In this document: piece after piece, positions 48,169-59,800 of the stretch
How the letters are laid out: each line of letters begins with the position of its first letter
How positions within the stretch are numbered: position 1 is the first letter of the stretch
From: Takakia lepidozioides
Taxonomy: Eukaryota; Plantae; Bryophyta
NCBI GenBank assembly: GCA_030704615.1
Contig: CM060733.1
Coordinates: 12,276,001 to 12,340,000 of the forward strand
Direction of reading: 5' to 3'
DNA: 64,000 nt
The notes under the pieces: generated by a model
Told to the model about the DNA's origin: nothing
What the model saw: only the letters and a program-made list of their open reading frames with translations
Databases searched by the model: none
Program-made: the position numbers and the translations under genes

Positions 48169-50788
48169 ATGGCTGAATCTGAAAGTCGGAAGAAACTGCC
48201 TTGTGGCATTAGATTGCTTAGCAGATTAAGGGGTAGAGATCTTGATTTGCAGGGTTACAGAGTATCAATCTTGGTCATTACCTTTATCGCATATGCTTTC
48301 TATCATATGTCCAGGAAACCTCCGAGTATTGTTAAAGTTGTGTTAGATCCCGAGGACTCCGTCTTGACAAATTCAGGCACGGCGGCAGACGGCGGCAGGG
48401 GGAGCTTTCAAAGTGGATGGGCCCCTTTTGATGGGAAAACAGGGAAAGCGCGACTGGGAGAAATTGATGTGGCCTTTTTGGCCTGTTATGCAATTGGGAT
48501 GTACTTCGCAGGGCACCTTGGTGATCGACTCCATTTACGCTTGTTTCTCACTGTTGGGATGGTGGGAAGTGGCCTGTTTGTGTGCCTGTTTGGCATGGGG
48601 TACTGGTGGAACATTCACATGCTCTCCTACTATCTGGTGGTCCAGATGTTTGCAGGGCTTTTCCAGGCTACTGGATGGCCGTCGGTGGTAACTATAGTTG
48701 GCAACTGGTTTGGGAAGAATAGAAGAGGGTTGATAATGGGAGTATGGAACGCGCATACCTCGGTAGGGAATATACTCGGTTCATTGATCGCTGCCAGCGT
48801 GCTCAAGTATGGCTGGGGCTGGTCGTTTTTGCTGCCTGGCCTTTTGATGGCTTCGGGAGGCCTGTTGATCTACGCTTTCTTGGTGGTAGAGCCTGCCGAA
48901 GTAGGGCTACCCTCCCCGTACGAGATCGCTGCTGCTGAAGGTGAGGTTTTAACCTGGAGGATTTGTTCTGTTTATGTCTGCACTAGGAGTACAACTGCAA
49001 AGTAAAAGTTACAGCTCATTATGAGTAGTGTTCTTCCAAAACTGCAGTTTATCATCAGTAATCTGTATATTTGTGTATATTGAAGAGATGCCATGCTGGA
49101 AGAGAGTCATTGAGTGAGTATTTAGAGGGGAGAGATCACTTGCTGCTCCTTACTAGTTTTATGGATAACATTGCCGTAATCTCTCAATTTGGAGTCGCCG
49201 CTAGAAATGATTTTAGAAGCAAAAATTACTGAATTTACGACTCAAACTTTGCCACTACCCCTTTCTCTTATGCATCACGCACTCTGTCGAATACAGGGAG
49301 TGTGGCAGCAGAAGTGGACGATTTAGAGACAGGTGTAGCGAAGGAAGAAGACTCAGGGGTGACTGGTGTTACCAGCCATCTGGGGACGAGGGACTTGCCA
49401 AATGGTAACATATATGGCGATGAGAAGGAATCACAACCACTTGTTAGAGCAAAAGAGGTGGATGATCCTGTTGGCTTCATGGAGGCATGGAGAATTCCAG
49501 GGGTAGCCACTTTTTCGATGTGCTTATTTTTTGCAAAGCTTGTGGCCTACACGTTTCTGTATTGGCTGCCATTCTACATCAGGCATACTCGTAAGCTCTC
49601 ATGGCTGTCCTCAAATGTATCTCAGAATTATCCAGGAAAAGTTGTATGCATCTGTCCAAAACTGATCTTTCAAAATTATGTTTTTTATCAGTGGTACAAA
49701 TTGGCAGTGTTAGAAACAATATACAATAGACAGGATTTTCCAGAAAGAGACCAGGGCTGGTACCAGTGGAAGCAAAGCACATTCTAACCCTGAATTTCCA
49801 AAGTTTCAAAGCTTTCAAGTCCACTGTCTCGGTGGAGTGCTCAACAGTACTCCCGTGGTACCTTTTGTGAGATTATTTATAGAAAATGAACAGATGTGAC
49901 TGGCCTTGAGTGAATAGTAACAAGTTATACTTCAACATAACTTACCTTTAATTTGTGGCACAGTTAACAAGGAACTTAGGTTAGTCCAATCCCTTCCCTT
50001 TTCTTAGGATGTTGTTGCTCTACATGGGTTTGCATTCTAAGAATGCTCCTTAAGGTCCAGTATTCAAGTCCAATTGTTTCACTGTGGAGTCCTTCGCTCT
50101 TTGCAAGGAAACTAGATAAATGTGTACTCTTTTCCCTGTCTTTAATAGCATAGTAGCCAATGCTGTTATTGTTGTATATTCTGTATTCTGTTCTCATGGT
50201 TAGTGTCATGATGCAGGGATTGCAGGGGAGTATCTTGATGACAAGACAGCTGGAAATCTCTCTACTCTCTTTGATGTGGGAGGTGTAGTAGGTGGCATTT
50301 TGGCAGGATATATGTCAGATCGTTTAAGAGCACGAGCCATCACTGCAGCTAGCTTCATGTATTGTGCGATTCCTGCTCTTTTCCTTTACAGGGCCTATGG
50401 AAGTGTTTCCCTCCCTGTAAATATTGGGCTAATGATGCTCACAGGGATGTTCATCAATGGGCCATACGCATTGATCACAACTGCAGTTTCAGCTGACCTT
50501 GGCACACACAAATGTTTGAAAGGAAATGCCAGGGCACTTGCAACAGTGACTGCAATTATTGATGGAACAGGGTCTGTTGGGGCAGCTATCGGACCATTAC
50601 TGACAGGCTACATTTCAGCCCAAGGGTGGGATGCAGTCTTTACAATGCTCATGGTTGCAGCTTTGTTATCAGGCCTTTTACTTTCGAAGTTGGTGATAGG
50701 TGAATTGGTTGAGAAGTTTGGGAAGAGTCGGACAGTGTCGTCGGCGGAAGGAGTGATCCAGGATGAATTGACTGGTGCGTCTCTATAG
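48169..50788 (+). CDS. Glycerol-3-phosphate permease (G3Pp/SLC37-like MFS transporter), 3 exons
   Basis: Exons 48169-48940, 49297-49590, 50217-50788 in frame. [81 protein letters not shown]. Confidence 0.96.
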
Positions 50789-52436
50789 ACATATCCGTCT
50801 TTTTATATATTGTTTGTTTACAGTTTATCATTTGTCTGTGGCAAGTATTGCTGATGTACCTATTTGGCTTACATATTTTGTACTTCTTCCTCATCAGGGA
50901 TCAAACAAGTTTGGAGCAGTGTTTGAGAAAATGGATTTGTAAATTGATCTAATATAGGGAGACTGGAACTAATTTTTCTTTACTTCTTCACGGCAGGTGA
51001 GGTTAGCTTAGTTGCTGAATGTTGGCTTCTTGGGGTCAATCTGCAGGGTCTCCCACGCAACCCCTATTGAACAGCAAAAATTGACAACTCTGTACAGATA
51101 CACAGGACATCCCAAGATGTCCTTTGTTAACATCCCAAGACAACACAGTTACCAGCTTTGTATGATATTAGGTGGCTCCTACTTTGGGTTGGTGGATCAG
51201 AACACTGTAACACTGTCAGTCTGTTATTCACCCTCAGTTCTTCCTCTGTTGCAGAACTTTGAGGACCTGGTTAAACTTAGAACCCACTAGGCATGGCTTT
51301 TCCCACGTGCACTCGAACAAATTGGCACATGGCACTCCCAGACTGGACACAACAGCAGATGACAGCTTGGATTGGAGCGAGGAAAGGAATCTCACCAATT
51401 CGGCCATGGCTTCAAGGTTTTGTCAACTGCCCTTGCCAGAGCAGCCATGGTGTTTCTTGCAGATTGGACAGACCACAGCTTCAGCTGCACCTGGGGAAAA
51501 AGCCTCTCATGGTCCTGAAAGTGTAATACCAGAAGCTGCCCATATCTGCAGGTTCAATGGGAAAGATGAGAGAGGCCGTCCAACACAAAGAAGTGTTAAT
51601 TGGGACGGGTGGTGTGGCACAAGGAGCTTTCTTGAGACAGCTTGGAATGTGAGGGGTGTATGCAGGAAGTGTAGCCTCAATGTTCTGAGTAGCGTAAGCT
51701 ATGCAAGATGGCCAAAGTCTGTTGTAGCTGTCATGCCAGTTTTGGAGTTTCATGTGCGAATTCATTTCGCCGAAGAGGACCAGATGACTCCATGTGGCGA
51801 TATTTGAGAGTGAGATGAAGGGGATTATTTATGCAGGTATGCCTTAGCAAATACAGGCATATTCATGCACAAGGAACATTGGGGTTTGATCCAAATGTAG
51901 ACTAAATTATTTTTGGATATCGTCTGGATGTCCTCCGATGGAAGGGATAGGTCTGACAATAGATGATTACAATGGTTACCACCCTCTGTCTAGGCAACAC
52001 CAGGCCAACAAAGTAGACAAAGGAATGGGGAAGGACAAAACTGAAGCAGTGATTCTATCCTGCAGAGATAGAGAAGTATGGCAAGAAGCAGCTAGAAGTA
52101 AGCATGGACAATACCAGTTGAGCCTCAAATGCCCCAAGTTCAAGTGATCTTCAACTTTACTATACTTGTGATGCTGCCAGTTAATTGTCCACATCACGCC
52201 AGGGAGATCATCTCTTTGGACCCGGCAGCACTAATCAACACAGGAGGCAGAGGCTCTGATTGATGCCATCCTTGAACTATGGAAGGACCTTTGCCCTCCT
52301 GCCTTCAGACACCTCGAGAATTTTTCCTCACAGAACCTGTACTACTTACAAAGCATTAGCAGAAGGCAACTTGTCCTCAAATAACCAATGTACATATTAC
52401 AACGTTTCAATAATCTAGTGACAAAAAACATTATTT

Positions 52437-52613
52437 TGCGACTGTGGCAGGCCTTGAGGGAGAAAATTAACACCCTTTCTGAGCCATGAGGCATACAGGG
52501 CGCAGGGAACAGGCCCCCAGCATGAAACCACGGGGGGAATTGAAGATTGAGCCCCAGAAAGGACTAATGGCGTTGTCATATTGAACGTCGAACAGCCAAT
52601 GCGCAAAGCTACA
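52437..52613 (-). mobile_element. SINE-like element with a divergent head and the family-A-type tail
   Basis: Minus strand tail CCTCATGGCTCAGAAAGGGTGTTAATTTTCTCCCTCAAGGCCTG..GTCGC; degenerate A box (TAGCTTTGCGCATTGG) and B box (GGCTCAATCTT). Confidence 0.6.
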
Positions 52614-52927
52614 TCCTCAAATAATTTTATTATATCCTAAATCCAATCAGACAACCTAGTTTTCTTTGTTCCTGTTTTAGTGAAAGAGAGGATGTGTCCA
52701 GGGTGTTTCCATTAAAGGAAAAAACATGAGGATGTGAGGGATTCTTGGTTTATTTTTATTCAAAAATATGAGGTACAAAAAGCTTGTGATATTTTAAATT
52801 TTTGTTTCCTAAGTTTGGGTTTTGTTTTGCTTCAAGAAGAAGCCAAACCTTGATCTGGAGTTGCTGCAGCTGTGTGTCCGTAATGGTGCATAGGTAGGGT
52901 AGAGATTTGAGCGAAGGGCCTCTAGCA

Positions 52928-55838
52928 ATGGGTCGAGCTAAGTTGCAGATTAAGAGGATAGAGAACGTGAGCGCCAGAAATGTCACATTTGGAAAGAGGC
53001 GCACTGGAATCGTGAAGAAAGCTTACGAGTTGTCAGTGTTGTGTGACGGCGATGTTGGGCTACTCATTTTCGCAAGCAATGGCAAACTAACTCAATACTG
53101 CAATCGCAAGTATGGTTCTTTCATGTATTAGCAGTTAAGAAAGCTTCAGTATTAAGGCAATAGGATGGACATACGCATATTCTTTCTTATCTCCATACAG
53201 TTGTTAGTGTTGTAAGGATTCAACAACAATCTTGGTGCAATGTCTGAACTTTGGTTCAATGCTAGGAGATCGGACAATAGTGATCATCGGTTAAGCCAGT
53301 CCTCTCTAGGGAGAAAATTGACAGTAAGTCATATTAACTTAATGACTTGTACTACTGATTGTTCTGGTTGAGCAGTATTGAGGAGGTGCTTCTTCGCTTT
53401 GCAAATATATCACAAATTGATCGAGAAAAGAGGTATCTATCTTTAAGCTCAACTTACAACTTTCAGGCACTCATTCATAGAGACAAAATCATGTGTTGAC
53501 GACATTTTTTGGTGAGCAGCGCTCTGGATACAAGAAATCGGTGTGAGAAGCTTGAGCTTGATGAGCGCAACGAATACTGCGGGGCATCTTCCTCCGTCCC
53601 TTCACGGGATTCAGTAAGTTGGGGTTATTCATTCAGTGTACATTGAATTAGCTCATGATCTTAGCTTGGTCTTCAAAACAATCACTAGATTTTTATTTTT
53701 TGGTTTTTTGGTATGTGGGGCGGATACATTTGGGTTAACTTAATAGTTATACTGATTATTTATTTCATAAAAAAAATGTGCAACATTTGCAACAGGAAAA
53801 GGATCAGATGATTTTCAATCAACAATCTGGATTAATCAACATCCCTGCCAGTGGTTCAAACAGGTGAGAGATGCTGAACTTGGAAGGTTTGTTCTGCTTA
53901 CAAATGGAACACACATTAATTTTTATGGATCTTTATGCACTCTTAGACGTTTTTATATCCGCATCAATTTGTTTTAAAATGTTTATGGGTTTTTGTTTTA
54001 AATAAAGGGAATGAAGCCCCAATATTTTATTAATAGAGGGGAAAAAACAAACCCCTGAGGGGATTGTCACATACAATAAAATGCTTCAAAACACTAAGAT
54101 GACATTTTTATGGGTGGTTATGTTGGATTGTGCACTATCAACACAGTTTTGCTGGAAATGTCAATTTTCAAGCCAATTTTTCCGTAAGACAATCAGACCC
54201 TAATACTCTACCACAATGTCTTAGACCAATTTTGAAGTAAGTGATAATATATATATATATATATATATATGTGTACCTCTAAGATTATTTTTGTGTTATG
54301 TTTTATCATTCATTTTTCATTCATTATTTCTGGCACTTTTGAAAAATATTTTGTTGTTTTACTTCTACTAATGATTTTTTATTCTTAAAGTTACATCATT
54401 CATTTCTTTCAATATGACATATAATTAATATTTTTTCTCCTTTAATTTTTATTTCAATCCGAGTTGTAATAAGAAGTAAGTTGGATTGTAAGCGGATTCA
54501 GTGAGTGGATGAGGAAATGCAGATGCCGTGTGATAACCACATATTGCACCTCCAACAACGATTGGATTTCTTCAAAGATGTTGCAGGCCGGTACTTTCAA
54601 TTTGAGTCGTAAGTTTTTCCAGGTTATTTACAACTCTTAATTTTATTTATTTGGAATTAAAAAAATTAAGAGTATCTGATTTGATTATATATATATCACA
54701 TATAATATTCAGAATAATTCATAGTGCAAACTGAGAGTACATTTAAGCAATACAATTATCGATAAACTAATCCATAACTGAGAGGTTTGTTGGTATGAGT
54801 ATGCTGGCAGGTTGCCGTTGGATGAAAACATCCAGCATTTGAATATGGAGGAGCTCAGAAGAGTAGAGGCACAATTGTTGGATTCGATTCAAAAATTGCA
54901 TGATCGCAAGGTAATTTTGAGCACAAGTTTTTAAAATTCCCTACATGATTGATATCTTTAAACATGAAGTGCAAATTTACTGACCGATTGAGATCGAAGG
55001 TCTAAATTGTACTTAAAGGCTGATATTGTTGATTACTATTGGGTTTGTAATAGGCTCATGTCATCTACAGGATGACTCACTTCAGCATGCAGCAAAATCA
55101 ACCCAATATACTGAGAGAGGTACATTTTTTTCCTTTTTTCTTTTTTCCAAGGAATTACCAGCCCTAGGAACTGGCTTAATAAACCGCCTTTTGTAGCCAT
55201 GAATGCAAACAGGGGCAGAGCCCTAGCCCCAGAGAGAGCTCAAAGGGGTTTGAAGTTTGAACCCCAGACCCATGGGCCAATGCACAGGATGTCTTACCAC
55301 CGCCAGAGCCCTGTTGTGTGGTACGTATTTCCTATGTTGAAATTCTATTATTTTATCCATTGTAACAGATTGTTAAGTTGTCTACATTTACTACATTTTT
55401 TTCAGGATATTCTTAGAACTAAAACTAGCACTTGTTCACTAAAATTCGGTGAAATTCTCAGTATAATAACAATGAAATTGTTTGATGATAGAATGACTCA
55501 TGCAACGTACCACTCAATATTGCCATAGCGAATGAGCAATATATGGTCTCTTCGAATTGGCCCGAGCAACAATCACAGTTTTCAGGCATGTAGTTTATGT
55601 ATGACGTTCTAATATCAGGTAATGTAAATTCATTCTTTGCATGATATGAAGTTATAACAATCTAATTATGTCATAACTTTGTTTGATTTTTTCAAGTATA
55701 TGTTGACATACAGTGACCGTCAAACTGCAGTGTAATAGTATTTTGACATGTGGTTTTTAAAATTTTAATTGAATAATTTGTTTTTTTTGTTTGCAGTTTT
55801 CGGTCGAATATCATGCCTATCAAGCAAATTTAGATTGA
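52928..55838 (+). CDS. MADS-box transcription factor, MIKC*-like, divergent
   Basis: MADS domain [40 protein letters not shown] (52928-53109); [18 protein letters not shown] (53376-53432). Short exons 53520-53613, [53796-53863], 54523-54590, K-like 54811-54910 ([24 protein letters not shown]), 55054-55119, 55529-55585 (GC donor) and 55797-55838. The 3' model is tentative. Confidence 0.85.
55124..55311 (-). mobile_element. tRNA-derived SINE-like element in a MADS intron
   Basis: Minus strand TGGCGGTGGTAAG (A-box-like), GGTTCAAAC (B box), TCATGGCTACAAAAGGCGGTTTATT tail motif, A-rich end. Confidence 0.6.
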
Positions 55839-56249
55839 TGGTGGCGTACATCAATTGATGGCCCATCGTGGAAGGGGAATTGGGGTAGGGTTAGTGACCA
55901 GCCAAATTTTTGAAATGAGACAAACAAGTGGCACGTGATCGACCACTACAGAAAATTTGTTACAAAATTTTGCAAGCATTATTATTATTTTTCAGATGTA
56001 CTAGAAAATAAAATAAAAATGATTTTGTTTCCTAAAAACAAGTTAGTGCTAGATGACATATAAGCGGTCATGGGATTCAAAGCCATATGTGTGTGTTGCA
56101 TATCACCTCTTATAGCCAACCAAACTTCAGGAAAAATGTCATTGGATATACAGCATGGTTATCAAGGGACTTTTAAGTCCTCATGGCCTATAAGACGCAT
56201 AATACCCACATCTTGCAAGAGATTTTGGACTTGCAAGAGGGGCACTCAC

Positions 56250-56640
56250 ATGAGGGAGGAAGTCTAACATTCATTGTAGGATAAAGAGGTCGGGAAGAAC
56301 AATTGCCAATGCCCTTAATAGCACCCTAGGTACTAATGGCAATTTCACTCAGTAAGGTTAGCTTTGGCTCTATCAACTAGGATAGCATCTGGCCGTGCTC
56401 GGTATATTTCGACAAAATTTATTTAGCATTTGGACAAAGGTGTCATAAGCCTCCCCACTTCTTGAGGCAGCGACTGCAATGCAATGGGGTATGCTAGCCA
56501 AACCCCGACCTACCAAAGAAGCTCACTAATTTTATTCACGCATGTAATCCCACTGGAAAATATGTCTTGCAGTAAACATCATTGTTGAATGTGCTAAGAC
56601 ATTCTCTAGAGATGGCAAATTGGACCATGATAGTGCTACA
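56250..56640 (-). mobile_element. Possible LINE ORF2 relic
   Basis: Only LLW..CLKKWGGL (~56445-56520), resembling the post-RT FLW..LPK..GGLG motif; otherwise degraded. Confidence 0.3.
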
Positions 56641-56890
56641 AAGAGCAATCACAAACCTATAATGACAAGAATAATTCAACATTACAAATGATTTGTGGTC
56701 AATAAAAAATGAACCTTAGATGTTAGAACCATAAACCAATTTTGTAGATTTATTAGTTTCACTTTATCTTCTATTTGTGTTTTATTTTCATATTTAATAA
56801 ATATTATATTTCATATAATATTAAAAAAATGATCACAAATGTAAAATAATTACTAAACAATATATTATCTACAGGAGAATTGAAGATTAT

Positions 56891-59800
56891 TTATTGTTGA
56901 TAGCACGAGCCAGGGTTGCTGGGTGGAGTTCGCCCAAAACCATCGAAGCCTGCAAACAACACGGGTGCAGCTGGTATCCCTCGCTGGTTTAGCAAACAAC
57001 GGAATGTTTGAATTCTTTGCAATGCCGGAGCTGCACCTTGTTGTGTAAATGCTATAGGACTCCATAGACGTTCTGCCAACACATCAAATGTATTTTAATA
57101 CAAGTTTTTTTTAAAGTAAACAATGAAGTTATTAGATAAGTTAATTATCAGGCCAACCCTGGAAGGAGGATAGACATAGCCGAAAAATGAAACAACTATT
57201 AGTTACATCAGCCTTAGCCAATGTTTTCTCTCATCTAAGCTCATCACTTAGTGGTCATGATCAAAACAACAGAAAACATAAACAGTCTAATTTCATATAT
57301 ATAGAGAGTTGGTTGAAGTGGAAGGAAAACATTACCAGCAGCAGCAGCAGCACGAGGCCAAATGGTTTGTAGGATGTCTGAAGCATCCACAGTTTCTCCC
57401 CACATGCAAACTTCTCCACCAATGACAAGGTTTTGTTCCGCCTTATCAAAAATATTGATGAGGGGCTCCGTCATGTAGAATTGCTCCCATGTAACATCCA
57501 AATGGTCCAAGTACCATGTACCTTGATCACTTAGTATGCATCGCAGACCATATGCAACTACTTTTGGGCATACTCCACCTTGTAACCTGATATTCAATGT
57601 TTCAAAGACACATAATGTAAATACTATCTCGTCAACTATCTATTTCCATAAGTGAACAAAAACTATGACCTATATTGTTTTAATCATCTCAAAAAGTCAT
57701 ATTACTAGACAAGAATACGGTTTCAATGTACAGATTGTCCTTGAGGATTGAGTATATGAAAGAAATTTAAGGAATATATGCTAGTGATCAAACATGTTTT
57801 CTGATTAAAACCAAAATGGGAATCCTTCAAAAAAGGAACGAATTGAAAACATATACAAAAAATCAAATATTTGAGTAGACCATGGCTCCATAACCTTGTT
57901 TCCTGTCAAATAGGAGGGGCTAAAAGTCAAGCAAGGGGACTAAAAGAAAGGAGAAGTCTTACCCATAATTGATTTCTTAAATGTTTATGTAATCTATTGA
58001 ATATATTATTTTAATGATGGAAGGGAACTTAAGTTTGTTGGAAATAAAAACATGTTTGCCCCCAAAACATTTTATAATAATAATGATAATCAGGGCTAGA
58101 ATCCCCCTGTTCTTTTCTTTTTTTTTAAACATGTATATATCATGCAGGATAAGGTTATATACCAATTATGAACAATTGTCGCTTTATTGAGCTCCCAGGG
58201 AAAATTGTTGAAGGTCTCCTCCCTAGAGCCATTCACGAAAAATAGTATCACCACATTAGAAATAATTAAGAAAAAACTCTTGTCGACTCTCGTGACTTAT
58301 AGTATCAGTTCAACTCTATCGGCTACTACTATCTTCCATCTTGAAGGTGGATACGGCCGTAACCGGGGCAATACGATTGTCCGACCCTCCCCCAAAGACT
58401 CGAAAGTCACAAAATACCCACACATTAAGTAACCCGTTGATCCACTTATCCCCATTTTATAGCTAGATTAGCAATAATGGGTGACATCCAATATACACCT
58501 ATGTGGCTTTCAACCCACCTACCACTTGTAAGGTGCCCTTGTGCCTAATCACTAGACCATATGTTGGGTGTCCACCATGAGATAACAATTGATAGATATT
58601 TATGTTCCCAAAGCCATGGTGTATGTTGGATATCACACATAATGGCCAACCCAACTATATAAAGAGGGTCTTTGGATCAACAAATCACCTAATGTGTAAA
58701 ACATTGGGGACTTTTTGAGTCTTTGGGGGAAGTTTGATCAACCAGATTGTCCGGTTATGATCGTCAACAGATGTCCATCTTTGAGGATGAAATGATATTA
58801 TGATTTACCTTTGCTAAACTAAGAGTCTATTATTATTTTTTCAACATTTAGCCCAGTGGTAAGGGCAGAAGCTGCCTGGATAGTAGTTGTTGGCTACGAG
58901 ATGGTAGTAGCCATTGGGCATCAAGTGACACCGTAAATTACGACTGTTTCAGCATCAATTTTTATTTTTTTAAATCGGGGTGGATAAATAAACTTTTAGT
59001 ACACTTGCAAAAACCGCCAACACAATGAAAGTATCAACAATGCAAAAGATATGGAATAGAATTACCAGTTCACAGGTTGGTAGCCATGCTTGAGAGCAAT
59101 AGCTTGTGCCCGGACTACAAAATCAGCATATCCATCAAATGTTGTCATGTTTCTGGCCAATAACCTGCGTCCTCTCCCATCATGTTGTATAGTACAATAT
59201 AATCATTCCTTCTAATGTTATGACTTCTAATTTAGTGACAAACTAACCTACAAAATACATAGGCTTGAAATCATTAACATACGCAATTGAAGTTGGAATT
59301 CATTGACAAACCTAATATGGTAACTACAAATAAAGCAAAAGAAGCCTAGGATCTATCAAATTGTACAACCTTGGTGGGCACTTACCAAGTTTGGATATGT
59401 GGTGTAGTTTCCCAACAACCTGCATCCATCACACCGCATTTTACATTCAGCTAAGCTTATAATTGTTCCCAAAGGACTAAAACACGCTATCTTACCTCAT
59501 TGTTGCCCCATCTTTCAAAGGTTATTTCTCAATCAATCTTGAGTGAGATTTTTTTTTTTTGTCTCCCAGTCCCTTTCTCAATCTTGAATGACACACATTT
59601 GGACACAACATTTATTAGAAGCTCCCATAGTACATGGAGAAACCCGCATAACAACATCACCAAAAAACCAAATCAATATCACAACTTGAAGATCGATCAT
59701 TTTGTGAAAAGATAATGAGTCACTAAGTATTTACTTTTTCTACCTTCATAACTCAAATTCTTTCCTATGAGTGCATCTGAAAAGACATCAACATCTCATT

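Noticed and set aside
52585-52613. U4 snRNA-derived head (minus strand AGCTTTGCGCATTGGCTGTTCG resembles the metazoan U4 5' end)
   Set aside because: The match is only ~22 nt, resembles animal rather than plant U4 as I recall it, and does not continue. A degenerate tRNA A box explains it as well. An Infernal search with the Rfam U4 model would settle it.
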